A stretch of 64,000 nt of DNA from Prochlorococcus sp. AG-355-J04 (GTDB lineage: Bacteria; Cyanobacteriota; Cyanobacteriia; PCC-6307; Cyanobiaceae): contig QCDN01000002.1 in assembly GCA_003280885.1 (NCBI GenBank), forward strand, positions 9,810 through 73,809, written 5' to 3'. The notes below the pieces were generated by a model. It saw only the letters and a program-made list of their open reading frames with translations, did not search any database and had not been told where the DNA came from. A program made the position numbers and the translations under genes. Positions within the stretch are counted from its first letter, which is position 1. The number at the start of each line of letters is the position of its first letter. Positions 17,069 to 25,600 of this stretch are shown here, in pieces.

Positions 17069-17344
17069 ATGGCTCAATATTATTGCCCATATTGCAATCC
17101 TAAGTATCAATTTCAAAAAGAATCATCAAATGGTAATTTGATTTGTGGCTTGTGTGGAGAGGATCTTGTAAAAAAACCATTTATTAGGTTGAACCAGATA
17201 ATTGCTTTAGTTGCAGCGTCATCATTACTTCTACCGTTAATATATACTTTCATTTTTTTAATTAAAAATCAAATAAATCCTCCCAATAAAAATTATCAAG
17301 CAAATAGTTCTTTAATGATAATTATCAAAGAAACACTTTCATAA
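17069..17344 (+). CDS. Zinc-ribbon-like membrane-anchored hypothetical protein
   Basis: CPYC...CGLC followed by a TM helix. Confidence 0.7.
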   Translation: MAQYYCPYCNPKYQFQKESSNGNLICGLCGEDLVKKPFIRLNQIIALVAASSLLLPLIYTFIFLIKNQINPPNKNYQANSSLMIIIKETLS

Positions 17345-17368
17345 AACAATTTAAAAAATTTCGAGAGG

Positions 17369-17602
17369 TTAACCTCTACATAGTGAATTATTTAAACAAG
17401 AATTTTTACTCTCAGTATTTATTTGATCATTAATATTTATTAATTTATTTTTATTACTTATTACTTTAACTTTTTGGCCGCAATGTTCTTTGCAACCACC
17501 ATTAAATAAATTATGTGCATACAAATTAGAAATATTCGTAAGTAGTAAAAGAAAAATTATTTTATAAATTTGATAAAAATAAGACTTAATTTTTAATATC
17601 AT
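17369..17602 (-). CDS. Secreted Cys/His hypothetical protein
   Basis: Signal peptide, then AHNLFNGGCKEHC...CLNNSLC. Confidence 0.6.
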   Translation of the reverse strand: MILKIKSYFYQIYKIIFLLLLTNISNLYAHNLFNGGCKEHCGQKVKVISNKNKLININDQINTESKNSCLNNSLCRG

Positions 17603-17633
17603 TTTCTCAGAATTAGTAAATAAATAATATCAG

Positions 17634-17870
17634 TTAATTCCAAGGAGTGTTTATAAGTCCCCAGATATCGAAGAAGAAAAACAAAACTGCAATAACAACA
17701 AGATCCCATGCTCTTTCCCTAAAAGCCCAAGGCGCAATAAAAACCTCTCCAAGTCCGTGAAGTGCCGCCCCTACTGGTAGATGATCAAGAACAAGCAAAC
17801 TATGAGAAAGGATAAAAAGAAAGCTTGCGAAATATCTAAAAAAAACAAATTGCCAATTACTAGAACTCAT
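17634..17870 (-). CDS. Hypothetical 3-TM protein with intramembrane His residues
   Basis: ORF track; LSHS, LDHL and LHGLGE within hydrophobic segments. Confidence 0.65.
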   Translation of the reverse strand: MSSSNWQFVFFRYFASFLFILSHSLLVLDHLPVGAALHGLGEVFIAPWAFRERAWDLVVIAVLFFFFDIWGLINTPWN

Positions 17871-17946
17871 GCTTTTTAGATTTTTAAGAAATATACTTCA
17901 ATGAACAAAATAATGATATAGATCGAGTCAAGAGATATTATTTTTG

Positions 17947-17960
17947 GTAGCCATAAATAC
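17947..17960 (+). promoter_or_regulatory. Putative NtcA-binding site
   Basis: GTAGCCATAAATAC is an exact GTA-N8-TAC, 38 nt upstream of the ATP-grasp gene; -10 spacing is not canonical. Confidence 0.55.
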
Positions 17961-17998
17961 GAATAAAGATATAAAGCTAAAGTAAAAGTTACTAAACG

Positions 17999-19441
17999 AT
18001 GAAATATATGTTTTCAAGTTATCAGCCTAAAAATAGTTTTGATGAATACTTTAAGGACAATGTTAACTCTGCTAGAGAAATATTGATTCCACTTCTTTCA
18101 TCCTTAGATAATATGGGACTTGAAGAATTAAACAGGAATCACTCTGCCGCAAAAAAATTATTACTAAGACATGGTGCAACTTTTAGATTAAACGATACTG
18201 GTTTAAAAGGTACTGAGAGAATATTACCTTTTGATCCACTTCCCAGAATAATTAGTAAAGATGATTGGGTAACATTAGAAAAAGGCCTAAAACAAAGGCT
18301 TGAGGCAATAGATTTATTCCTTGATGATATTTATAATGCTCAAAAAATAATAAACGATGGAATAATTCCAAGAGAATTAATAGAGAGTTCAGAAGGTTGG
18401 AGACCTCAGATGATAGGTTTCAAACCTCCACTAAATAAATGGTGTCAAATTTCAGGACTTGATTTAATAAGGGATAGAGAAGGAGATTGGCATGTTTTAG
18501 AAGATAATTTAAGGTGCCCTTCTGGGGTTGCTTATTTTTTAGAAAATAGATTAGTTATGAAAAATATTTTTCCTAATCTTTTCTCAGGAAGAATAGTAAA
18601 ACCAATTGATGAATATCCATCATATCTTTTAAAAACGCTTCAAGAACTTGCTGTTTGGACTGACACTCCCAAGATAGTTCTACTAACTCCAGGAATTTTT
18701 AATAGTGCTTATTTTGAACATAGTTATCTAGCGCAAGAAATGGGCATCCAACTAGTTCAAGGTCATGACTTAGTTTGTAATGATGATTATGTATATTTAA
18801 AAACTACCTCTGGATTAAAAAGAGTAGATGTCATTTACAGGCGAATTGATGATGATTTCTTAGATCCTCTTAATTTCAGAAAAGATTCCTGCCTTGGTGT
18901 TAGCGGATTACTTGATGTTTTTAAGGCAGGTCATGTTGCCTTAGCAAATGCACCTGGTACTGGAATAGCAGATGACAAAATGATTTATTCTTTTGTTCCC
19001 AAAATGATTAAATATTATCTTGATGAAGATATTATTATTAAAAATGTAGAAACGTATATTTGTCATTATCAAAAGGATCGTGAATATGTCCTAAAAAATT
19101 TATCAAAACTTGTTGTTAAGTCTGTCGCAGAAGCTGGTGGTTATGGAATGTTAATTGGCCCTCACTCAACAACGAGTGAGATAGAAGAATTCGCTGATAA
19201 AATTAAAAATAATCCTAGAAATTTCATAGCACAACCAACATTAGAATTATCTACTGTGCCATCGTTATGTGATGGAGAACTATATCCATGTCATGTTGAT
19301 TTAAGACCATATATCTTAAGAGGAAAAGATTCATGGGTTAGCTCAGGCGGGTTAACGAGAGTAGCATTAAAAAAAGGATCATTAGTCGTTAATTCTTCTC
19401 AAGGTGGAGGATGCAAAGATACATGGGTTGTAGGTAAATAA
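17999..19441 (+). CDS. Circularly permuted type 2 ATP-grasp protein (COG2308)
   Basis: VLEDNLRCPSG, YRRIDDDFLDP, GGYG, HVDLRPY, GGLTRVAL and NSSQGGGCKDTWV motifs. Confidence 0.93.
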   Translation: MKYMFSSYQPKNSFDEYFKDNVNSAREILIPLLSSLDNMGLEELNRNHSAAKKLLLRHGATFRLNDTGLKGTERILPFDPLPRIISKDDWVTLEKGLKQRLEAIDLFLDDIYNAQKIINDGIIPRELIESSEGWRPQMIGFKPPLNKWCQISGLDLIRDREGDWHVLEDNLRCPSGVAYFLENRLVMKNIFPNLFSGRIVKPIDEYPSYLLKTLQELAVWTDTPKIVLLTPGIFNSAYFEHSYLAQEMGIQLVQGHDLVCNDDYVYLKTTSGLKRVDVIYRRIDDDFLDPLNFRKDSCLGVSGLLDVFKAGHVALANAPGTGIADDKMIYSFVPKMIKYYLDEDIIIKNVETYICHYQKDREYVLKNLSKLVVKSVAEAGGYGMLIGPHSTTSEIEEFADKIKNNPRNFIAQPTLELSTVPSLCDGELYPCHVDLRPYILRGKDSWVSSGGLTRVALKKGSLVVNSSQGGGCKDTWVVGK

Positions 19442-19442
19442 T

Positions 19443-20384
19443 ATGCTTTTAAGTCGTGTAGCAGAATCTCTTTATTGGATCAATCGGTATTTAGAACGTG
19501 CGGAAAATATATCTCGTTTCGTGGAAGTAAGCGAAGCAATGTCATTAGATTGTCCGCCAGGAAGTGCAGAACCTTGGCTCCCGTTAATTGACGCTTCTAG
19601 TGACAGAGAATCTTTTGATAAAAGATTCCCAGAGAAAAAACCTGATGACGTTATTAATTTTTTAATAAGAGATCGTTTAAATCCAAATAGCATAATTTCT
19701 TGCATTCAAATGGCAAGAGAAAATGCAAGACAAATCAGAGATGTCATGACCACAGAAATGTGGGAACAAATTAATATTTTATATTGGAATATGCAAGAAG
19801 GAGAGGCAATATGGAATAAACCAAGACAAGAACAATTAAGTGAAATAAGGAGGGAATGTCAGCTTTTTTATGGAATTACAGATGCGACTCTAAGCAAAGA
19901 TCTTGCCTGGAGATTCTGCATTCTTGGTAGATTAATCGAAAGAGCTGACAAAACATCAAGAATTTTAGATGTTAAATATTATTTACTCCTACCCAGCTTA
20001 GATGAACTTGGAGGAGTTCTTGATGAGCTGCAATGGATTGCACTTTTACGTTCAGCTGGAGCTTATCAAATGTTTAGGAAAGCAGTGCAAAATTCTATAA
20101 AGCCTAATTCAGTTGCGAGATTTCTTTTACTTGATCCAATTTTCCCTAGATCAGTAAGATACTGTCTTGATGGGATAAGCAATACTCTTAAAACAATAGA
20201 TACCTCTCCAAGTACTGAAAATCCTTCAGAATTAGAATGCATGAGAGGTTTGCTTAAAGCAAAGTGGAGTTATATCAGAATTGAAGATATAATCAATGAT
20301 GGTTTACATGAGGCAATCGATTCATTGCAAATGGATTTAAATAAATTAAATGATCTCATTCAAGAAAAATATTTTATTAATTAA
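19443..20384 (+). CDS. Alpha-E domain protein (COG2307)
   Basis: MLLSRVAESLYW..RYLERAE, GRLIERADKTSR and FPRSV motifs. Confidence 0.93.
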   Translation: MLLSRVAESLYWINRYLERAENISRFVEVSEAMSLDCPPGSAEPWLPLIDASSDRESFDKRFPEKKPDDVINFLIRDRLNPNSIISCIQMARENARQIRDVMTTEMWEQINILYWNMQEGEAIWNKPRQEQLSEIRRECQLFYGITDATLSKDLAWRFCILGRLIERADKTSRILDVKYYLLLPSLDELGGVLDELQWIALLRSAGAYQMFRKAVQNSIKPNSVARFLLLDPIFPRSVRYCLDGISNTLKTIDTSPSTENPSELECMRGLLKAKWSYIRIEDIINDGLHEAIDSLQMDLNKLNDLIQEKYFIN

Positions 20385-20395
20385 TAAGTTTATTA

Positions 20396-21253
20396 ATGAG
20401 AATTAAATACATTCACAAACTTGAATATAAATACGAAGACCCTGTTCAATTAGGCGAGCATAGATTATGTATAAAGCCAAGGTCAAATGGATTCCAAAAG
20501 CTAAAGAATTTTGAATTAAAAATAACCCCAGAACCAGAAATCATTTATCCATTACTTGCTGCCAGCGGAGAAGAGATTAATAGAATCAGATTCAATGGAT
20601 TAACAGATAATTTAATTATTGAATCAATCAGTGAAGTAGAAACTATTAAACATCCAAACATTATTGATGGAGTTAAAAATAGAGATTTAACATTACCTTT
20701 TTGTAGAAGTATTATTAACAGAGATTTGCAGGGAGCATTAGAGGGATGGATGCCTAATGGACAACATGACCCATCTGCTGTAGAACTTGCCCAAGAAGCC
20801 TTAGCAGGAAGCATTAATAACGCATTATCATTTACCTACCAGTTAATAGAGATAATTCAAGATCGGGTTAAATATACCAAAAGACATACAGGTCCTGCAT
20901 GGCCGGCTAGCAGAACACTAAGAGAACGTATAGGTTCATGCAGAGATTTAGCAATGCTGATGGTTGAAGCTTGCAGGTCTATAGGTATCCCAAGCAGGTT
21001 TGTAAGTGGTTATCATTTTGAAGATCCTTTACCCTCTGAGTTGGATTTACACGCTTGGGCTGAATTATATATTCCAGGTGCTGGTTGGAGAGGTTTTGAT
21101 CCAAGCGGGAAAGGATTAATAGATGATAGATATTTAACATTGGTATCATCTTCAAAATCTAATTTAACCTCTGTAATTACAGGAAACTTTATAGGAAAAA
21201 ATAATCTAGAAAATACTTTATCCTGGGAAATCAAACCTCTTGAAATTAAATAA
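20396..21253 (+). CDS. Transglutaminase-like protein (COG1305)
   Basis: Catalytic triad motifs GSCRDLA, LHAWAE and GFDPS; N-terminal Bact_transglu_N-like region. Confidence 0.92.
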   Translation: MRIKYIHKLEYKYEDPVQLGEHRLCIKPRSNGFQKLKNFELKITPEPEIIYPLLAASGEEINRIRFNGLTDNLIIESISEVETIKHPNIIDGVKNRDLTLPFCRSIINRDLQGALEGWMPNGQHDPSAVELAQEALAGSINNALSFTYQLIEIIQDRVKYTKRHTGPAWPASRTLRERIGSCRDLAMLMVEACRSIGIPSRFVSGYHFEDPLPSELDLHAWAELYIPGAGWRGFDPSGKGLIDDRYLTLVSSSKSNLTSVITGNFIGKNNLENTLSWEIKPLEIK

Positions 21254-21377
21254 AGACTAAATTTTTAATTTTTTAAATGATGAAAAATATAAATAATAAT
21301 ATGTTTCTTTTTTAGTGTTAATTGATACGTTCTTAGATGAATATATCTGTTTTCATTTGTTTAATCTTTAAAGAAAA

Positions 21378-21899
21378 TTGAACTCTAGTTTAGAAATTCC
21401 AGTTATCAAATCAAATAAATCAAAAATGTTTGAATTGATAAGTTATGAAAAATTTCGCGATACAAAAGATGTAAGATTTTTTGATATTAGTATTAATGAA
21501 TCAAATTATAGAGATCTAGTTATTCACAGTGGTCCTGCAGTTAGTCCTCCAAATGATGAAGATTTTAATAATTGGCAATTTTACATACATCACAATCAAG
21601 AAGATAATCTATTAGCTATCTCTGGGGGTAGAACATTTTTTCTTGTAAATTTTGGTTGGGATTATCCTTTTTATAAAGTTAGATTAGAATCTTGCGGATA
21701 TATCTTAAGGATACCTAGAGGAACTTTCCATAGATCGGTATCTGACGAAAACGGTTCCATAGTTTTAAATCAAGCCATTAGAGATAAAGGCGGTACAGTT
21801 GAATCTGAATTCAAAGTTACCAATAGCAAAGATAATAAAAAACTTCTAGATTGTATAACTAATTTAGAGCCTAGATTTAAAATTTATAGTGTTAAATAA
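21378..21899 (+). CDS. Cupin/RmlC-like fold protein; start may be ATG 21426
   Basis: QFYIHHNQED and LRIPRGTFHRS metal-binding cupin motifs. Confidence 0.65.
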   Translation: MNSSLEIPVIKSNKSKMFELISYEKFRDTKDVRFFDISINESNYRDLVIHSGPAVSPPNDEDFNNWQFYIHHNQEDNLLAISGGRTFFLVNFGWDYPFYKVRLESCGYILRIPRGTFHRSVSDENGSIVLNQAIRDKGGTVESEFKVTNSKDNKKLLDCITNLEPRFKIYSVK

Positions 21900-21982
21900 T
21901 CTTAAAAAGGGATCCTAAATTTATTCATCGATTTAAAAAATTATCTAATTGTTATAAAATAATAATATTCGAATTCTCTAGT

Positions 21983-22501
21983 ATGAAATTTTTCAGATTT
22001 TTAAAATATCTTTTATGCATAACTTTTTCATTCTTAGTTTTATCCTCTCCAGTTTTTGCTGGGGCAAATGTTGCTGTTAAGGGCGAGGGAGATGAAGTTC
22101 CAAGTTATGTAAGATCTAATATTACAGGATTTAATTTCCATGGAGAGGATCTTCATTTGTCATCTATAGCTGGAGCAGTTGCAAGAGATGCAGATTTTAG
22201 TGACGTTGATTTACATGGCACAACCTTAACCCTATCTGATTTAAAAGGTTCTAATTTAAATGGAATCGACCTAACCGATACTCTTTCTGATCGAGTTAAT
22301 TTCCAGAAAACAGATCTTAGAAATGCTGTTTTAATAAATATGATCGCATCAGGTAGCAGTTTTGCAGGAGCTCAAATAGAAGGCGCAGATTTTTCTTACG
22401 CTATTCTTGACAGCGAAGATCAAAGAAATCTTTGTGAAATTGCTGATGGTGTCAATCCAACAACAGGCGTTTCAACCAGAGAAAGTCTTGAGTGTAGTTA
22501 G
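21983..22501 (+). CDS. Secreted/lumenal pentapeptide-repeat protein
   Basis: Signal peptide, A(D/N)L-type pentapeptides, C-terminal LC..A.G.NPTTGV.TRESL.C. Confidence 0.9.
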   Translation: MKFFRFLKYLLCITFSFLVLSSPVFAGANVAVKGEGDEVPSYVRSNITGFNFHGEDLHLSSIAGAVARDADFSDVDLHGTTLTLSDLKGSNLNGIDLTDTLSDRVNFQKTDLRNAVLINMIASGSSFAGAQIEGADFSYAILDSEDQRNLCEIADGVNPTTGVSTRESLECS

Positions 22502-22524
22502 AACAAAAACTATAAGTAAACTTT

Positions 22525-22878
22525 TTATAAATAAACTTTCTTACCATTATTAAATTTATAAATCCTTTGTTCATCATCTTGAAATATCATTTCACCATTT
22601 AATTTAGATTTCTTAAATTTTGAAAGCCTTGCTCTGTGAATATTAGATTTCCTATTAATATTTTCTTCGTTATCATAACTCCCAATATAGATATTTATGT
22701 TAGGGTTTGAAAAGGTTTTTTCTTCCTCTCTTAAAAAAATTCTTTCAATATTTGTTTGCGTGCTTTGAAGTTTATTTTTAAATTTGTTTAATTTTAAGTT
22801 CTTTGTTTTTTTAGATTTAATTTTTTTGTAGACCAAAAAAATAACTCCTAAAATTAGAAAAAATAAAAATATATTCAT
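22525..22878 (-). CDS. Hypothetical protein with an N-terminal anchor
   Basis: ORF track. Confidence 0.65.
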   Translation of the reverse strand: MNIFLFFLILGVIFLVYKKIKSKKTKNLKLNKFKNKLQSTQTNIERIFLREEEKTFSNPNINIYIGSYDNEENINRKSNIHRARLSKFKKSKLNGEMIFQDDEQRIYKFNNGKKVYL

Positions 22879-22881
22879 TAA

Positions 22882-23073
22882 CTATTTAATTTTTATTTTA
22901 ATATCTACGCCTAAGTTACTTTTAGTAGTTAATATTTCTTTTCTTAAGATTCCATAAGTAAAAATTCTAGATAAAGTTTTCAAAGATTTAAAAACCAAAA
23001 AAACAGTAAATAAAAAGAAAACAATGATATTTTCTACAAGAATATTTTTATTTTTATTATCTAGATTGCTCAT
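22882..23073 (-). CDS. Small hypothetical membrane protein
   Basis: ORF track; operon-like spacing. Confidence 0.55.
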   Translation of the reverse strand: MSNLDNKNKNILVENIIVFFLFTVFLVFKSLKTLSRIFTYGILRKEILTTKSNLGVDIKIKIK

Positions 23074-23089
23074 GTAATTGTTAATTCAA

Positions 23090-23959
23090 TTATTTTTCAT
23101 CATTATTTGCATATGGCCCGAAAAATTCACTAGCGCCCCTTCCCATCACTTTAGCAAGATTTAAACTTTTATCTATATCCCATTTAGATGCCATTCCATA
23201 AAGAATACCCGCAGCAAAAGAATCACCACATCCATAAGAATCAACCTTTAATTTTTTGTTTTTAAGAGCCTTATATCTTCCTCCTGGGAATATTATGCCT
23301 CCCTTCTCTCCCTCGGTTTTAATAGTATATTTTGGTTTTAACGATAATTCAGAAAAAGAAAAAACTTCTCCGGGATCAAGATTACTGCCTATTAATCCAT
23401 CTAAAATAACATTTGAATTATTAATTGTATTTAATCCTACCCTTGGTGTTGTACACAGTATTGAAGCTGATCTAGCCATTTTAAAAATCTCTGAATCAGA
23501 TGCAGTAATAAAAATTCCGTCCATTTTTTTTAAAATGTTCCATTCTAAATTGTCTTTATGAGTTGGAGCTAACCTTTCTCCAATAACTGTTATTGCTCTT
23601 TCACCTTGAGAGTCAATTAAACTAAATCCTTTTCTAGTTGGTTTATCACGCCAAGCTACATGCAACTTAATTCCCATATTTGAAAGAATCTTGAAACACT
23701 TATCTCCATATTCATCATTACCTAATGACGTAAAAAAATGAATTCGGTTTAAAGTTAAATCAGAAAGTATTTTTGCAATAATGGAGCCCCCACCAGCTGG
23801 ATACTCAAGGGACTTTTCAGAATGAGAAATGACTCCGGGTTTTGGTAATTGATCAACCTTTAAGAAATTTATCCACTCAACATGACCAACCACAGCAAAA
23901 TTTAAATTTCCTTTTTTAAATTTATAGTCTTCAACTTTATTATTCTTTTCAACAACCAT
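23090..23959 (-). CDS. PfkB-family carbohydrate kinase
   Basis: AGGG, LGNDEYG and VDSYGCGDSFAAG motifs. Confidence 0.9.
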   Translation of the reverse strand: MVVEKNNKVEDYKFKKGNLNFAVVGHVEWINFLKVDQLPKPGVISHSEKSLEYPAGGGSIIAKILSDLTLNRIHFFTSLGNDEYGDKCFKILSNMGIKLHVAWRDKPTRKGFSLIDSQGERAITVIGERLAPTHKDNLEWNILKKMDGIFITASDSEIFKMARSASILCTTPRVGLNTINNSNVILDGLIGSNLDPGEVFSFSELSLKPKYTIKTEGEKGGIIFPGGRYKALKNKKLKVDSYGCGDSFAAGILYGMASKWDIDKSLNLAKVMGRGASEFFGPYANNDEK

Positions 23960-24000
23960 AAGCTTTTAAATACTATTATTAAAAGAAATATTTTTGACAA

Positions 24001-24372
24001 GTGAATTCATTTAACATTTTAAAAGATAATAAACAGATACTATCTTATCTTTACCTTTTTCTATCAATTTTGGGTGCTGTACTACCAATGATGGCAAATT
24101 TCGAATTTGCTAGGGAATATGGAAACAGTTTTGATATTAATAACTTCATTTCTTTAGCAAATGCAAACCCTGCAGCTCAGTCAATTTCTAGAGACTTATT
24201 AGTAGGTGCAAGCGCTATTTTTATATGGATAGTAAATGAATCAAAAAAACTAAACATGAAGAATATGTGGGTTGTATACATTGGAACTTTTCTTATAGCC
24301 TTCGCATTCTCTGCACCTTTTTTCTTATTTCTAAGAGAGAGAAGAATTATTGAATTAGAAAAGATTAATTAA
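24001..24372 (+). CDS. DUF2834 membrane protein
   Basis: ANPAAQSISRDL and APFFLFLRER motifs. Confidence 0.75.
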   Translation: MNSFNILKDNKQILSYLYLFLSILGAVLPMMANFEFAREYGNSFDINNFISLANANPAAQSISRDLLVGASAIFIWIVNESKKLNMKNMWVVYIGTFLIAFAFSAPFFLFLRERRIIELEKIN

Positions 24373-25598
24373 AATAATCTCTTAAATAGAATTGCATATG
24401 CAATAAAGCAAAAACATGAAATGGAAAGCCATATTATTGAAGCATAACCAAATAGATCTAATATGCGTCCTGAAATAAATGGTCCAAAAAAATAACCCAT
24501 AGCGAAACATTGTGATAGTAGAGCAAGTGCAAAACCTTTTTTATTTGAAGGAGCTATTCTGAAAACTATATCTGTTGATGTTGGAAGAAATGAAGCAGTT
24601 CCTAAACTTACTAAAATCAATGCAAAAGAAATTAAATAAAAAGCTGGTATATTCAAATAACTAGAAATAAATAATAAAAATGAAGCTAAAGAGAAATTTA
24701 CTAAACTAAATTTCAAGCCAAATAACCTTTCTTTCTTAGATATCCAAGAACCGACAGGCCATTGTAAAAACAACAATAAAATTAACTGAATAGAAATGAT
24801 AAGACTAATAATTTCTTTGCTTAATGCATTACGATATAATCCACCTTTAACAAGATCCAGAGGCAAAGTTACTTGAATCAATGCTAAAGAGGTAGTTATC
24901 AATAAAATAGATGAGATTATTATTGTTGAATTCTTATTCCATTTCAATTGTCTCTGATTAGTTGGATTTACTAATTTTTTTTGAAAATTTTCTAAGTTTT
25001 TTTTAATAGAAGAACTATTTCTAGATATTAAATATGTGATAACTAACATGCAAAATATATCATTAATAAAAATCGATTTGGAATACAAAAAATTGGTCAT
25101 ATAACCTCCTAAGAATACCCCTAGAAATATTCCTAAAGCCTCCGAGCTTCTAACAAGAGCATAAGCTTTGCGTGTTTCTATAGGATGGCAAAAATATGGC
25201 ACCCCAAACTCAGCAGCAGGCCAATATATTCCTGCAGCAGCTCCAACAAATGATTGTCCAATTATGTATAAAAAGGTATCTCTCGAAAAAATTAGGCATA
25301 AACTAGCGGCAATACTTAGTATTGAAGAAGTAATTATTGGAAATTGTATTTTCCCTGTTTTATTAAGATAATTACCTGTAAATAGTCTTGTTACGGTTCC
25401 AATTATTGCTGAAACGGTAAACCCCAAGCCAATATCTGTTGCCGATAATCCTATGTTATTAAAAATAAGTGATGTTAAATAAATAACACCACCTGCTCCA
25501 AATGCAGCGTAAAATCTTATCTTGGTTATTAACCTTAAATGATATGGAAATTGAATCCACCAATTTTTTCTAATTTGTAAACTATTTGGACTAATCAC
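24369..25598 (-). CDS. MFS transporter
   Basis: About 12 hydrophobic segments; GPFISGRILD. Confidence 0.85.
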   Translation of the reverse strand: MISPNSLQIRKNWWIQFPYHLRLITKIRFYAAFGAGGVIYLTSLIFNNIGLSATDIGLGFTVSAIIGTVTRLFTGNYLNKTGKIQFPIITSSILSIAASLCLIFSRDTFLYIIGQSFVGAAAGIYWPAAEFGVPYFCHPIETRKAYALVRSSEALGIFLGVFLGGYMTNFLYSKSIFINDIFCMLVITYLISRNSSSIKKNLENFQKKLVNPTNQRQLKWNKNSTIIISSILLITTSLALIQVTLPLDLVKGGLYRNALSKEIISLIISIQLILLLFLQWPVGSWISKKERLFGLKFSLVNFSLASFLLFISSYLNIPAFYLISFALILVSLGTASFLPTSTDIVFRIAPSNKKGFALALLSQCFAMGYFFGPFISGRILDLFGYASIIWLSISCFCFIAYAILFKRLF

Positions 25599-25600
25599 AA

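Noticed and set aside
19337-19366. ATP-grasp motif reads VSSGGLTRV where PGGLTRV is usual
   Set aside because: A single substitution with all other motifs intact is not enough to call inactivation
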